In this document: piece after piece, positions 62,266 through 64,000 of the stretch
Layout of the letters: each line of letters begins with the position of its first letter
Position numbering within the stretch: position 1 is the first letter of the stretch
The notes under the pieces: model-generated
What the model saw: only the letters and a program-made list of their open reading frames with translations
Told to the model about the DNA's origin: nothing
The model's database searches: none
Assembly: GCF_009834535.1 (NCBI RefSeq)
Contig: NC_045697.1
Span: 28,770,001 to 28,834,000, forward strand
Length of the DNA: 64,000 nucleotides
Direction of reading: 5' to 3'
From: Camelus ferus
Taxonomy: Eukaryota
Made by a program: the position numbers and the translations under genes

Positions 62266-62970
62266 GTATTTTTTTGTCTTTGTCCCAATTCTAAAATTTC
62301 CCAGGAAGGGGCTAATTGGATTAGAACCCCCAAGCTTGGTTAATTAACTGCGGCCAGGGAAGTGGAGTCATTTTTTTAATACCCTGGATTCCACCGTATA
62401 GAGTGGGGGTTAAGTATAGCTAAAGGGGAAATTGTGAGCTAGGAGATACTCCGAAAGGAGTGTACCACATGTCAATGTACAGAGAACGTATTTTAGTCAC
62501 TGGGGATGTATCTCCTTGTCTAGTGGAAAAGAGCTCACAATTCTAGTGAAGATACACATAAAAAAATAGTCATCGTTGCAACTGAGTAAGAGAGGTATAT
62601 ACAAATTACTCTGGACATAGAGGAAGAAGCAGTTCTTTATGTTTGGGGCATCTGGGAAAACTTTACAGGAGAAAGGGAATATAAGCTGGGTTTGTAAAGA
62701 ATAGATAAGTGAAAATGAATAACTAGGTTAGCCTATGGCTTAACATCATTGGAAGTAAATATATTGGAAAGTGTGTGATTGTCACAAATGGAAGAGTAAC
62801 GTAACTGACAGAAAGATGTCAACAAGCATGGTTACAGGATGTAAAGTTTCCTTACTGACAAAGTATATAAAATCTTACAGTTACATAAAGCTGGAGCTAC
62901 CACAATATGGTTCTGGATTGGAATATGGCTTCTTGTAAAAATTCCTCACAAAGACCCAGAAATGTGGTTG

Positions 62971-63487
62971 TGTTACCAAGCCCAAACTCGTAATGCTCAT
63001 AGCACAACAGGCCAAAAAATCAGGAGACAAGGTGTCGGGGCAAGGAATAACAACTTTATTCAGAAAGCCAGTAGACTGAGAAGATTAGCAGACTAATGTC
63101 TTGGAGAACCATCTTCCCCAAGTCAGAATTTAGGCTTCTTTTACACTAAAAAAGGGAGGGACTATAGTCGGTTGTTGCAGACTTCTTGGTGTCAGAATCC
63201 TTTGTTCTTGCAGCTGTCCACATAGGTCAAGTCATGGTGTCCCTGTAAACCTCCAACAAGACAAATATTATTTTCTATTCTGTAACTTTTTGTCTTTATA
63301 TGAATGGGAAAGTGTTATATCCTTAAAGGTCAGAGCCTTGAGAATGGGCTATCTTGTATATTTTAGGCTAACAGGCAACATTCTTTACAAAAGGTACATA
63401 ACCAGCATAACCACAGGAAACAAAGCACAGGGTTTGAGCCAAAGGAACTGATCTAACATGGAGTCAGATTTGTTCTTCCCTTTTATA
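62971..63487 (-). mobile_element. ERV1-type solo LTR (different family from copies 1-3)
   Basis: TGTTACC start; GGGGCAAGGAATAACAACTTTATTCAGAAAGCCAG containing a minus-strand AATAAA; ~520 nt. Confidence 0.65.
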
Positions 63488-64000
63488 ATTACTCACTGTC
63501 AATGTCCATGTCACAATCTTGTTGGGAATGGGGCAATGAACATTCTGGCTACTTTCTGTTGAACCTGGGTGATGAGGGGGTGATCATGGAATGAAATTGA
63601 TCAGCCTTGGACAGGGAACATTCCTTAGAATCTTTAGTCAGTAGTACAGTCCTCTTTCCTCCTTTATCTGCAAGTACTTGAAAACCCTTAGTACTTAGTT
63701 GAACTTGGGGATTTTGGTTCCAGTTCCCAATACATATCTATTAATTTTACCTTTGTGACTGTGCCATAGTTACACCAGGTTCTTATGCTCTTTACTTGGA
63801 CAAGATTAAACAAATAGGTTGACCTTTTTCAGGTACAATGAAATTATACCTGAATAATCTCAATTCTTATCTTTTAAGAAGAGCAACCTGAAATCTTCCA
63901 AGGGTTCACAAGCCCATCACTCCCCAGGTCTCTCAGGAGTTGGGTTGTTTTCTGATGATGGTGGTGCTGCTTTAATCCATGTGTGATGAATCCATGGCTT

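Overview
Mammalian genomic DNA, most likely a camelid (camel, alpaca or llama). The basis is six short tRNA-derived SINEs resembling the camelid Vic-1 family and no recognisable Alu, Bov-tA, PRE-1 or CAN SINE. The only real gene is the 5' end of the cohesin regulator PDS5A on the minus strand: a CpG-island promoter and non-coding exon 1 (~5150-5600), exon 2 with the start codon (4108-4288), and part of intron 2 (1-4107). The remaining ~58 kb is upstream intergenic DNA dominated by LINE-1, L2, MIR, MaLR/ERV LTRs and hAT DNA transposons. It also holds a full-length but dead NAP1L1 processed pseudogene (44098-45547) inserted into an older MLT1 LTR. I found no evidence for a new multi-gene system. 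The most interesting observations are: overlapping uORFs in the PDS5A leader whose outcome depends on splice-acceptor choice; an apparent extra Ser near the PDS5A N-terminus; three copies of one ERV1-type LTR, one nested inside a SINE; a retrocopy preserving a 5'TOP-like start; possible splice signals of a divergent lncRNA; and a perfect hairpin inside an old L2. Repeat subfamily names come from memory of consensus sequences, and repeat boundaries are approximate unless a target-site duplication (TSD) is given.
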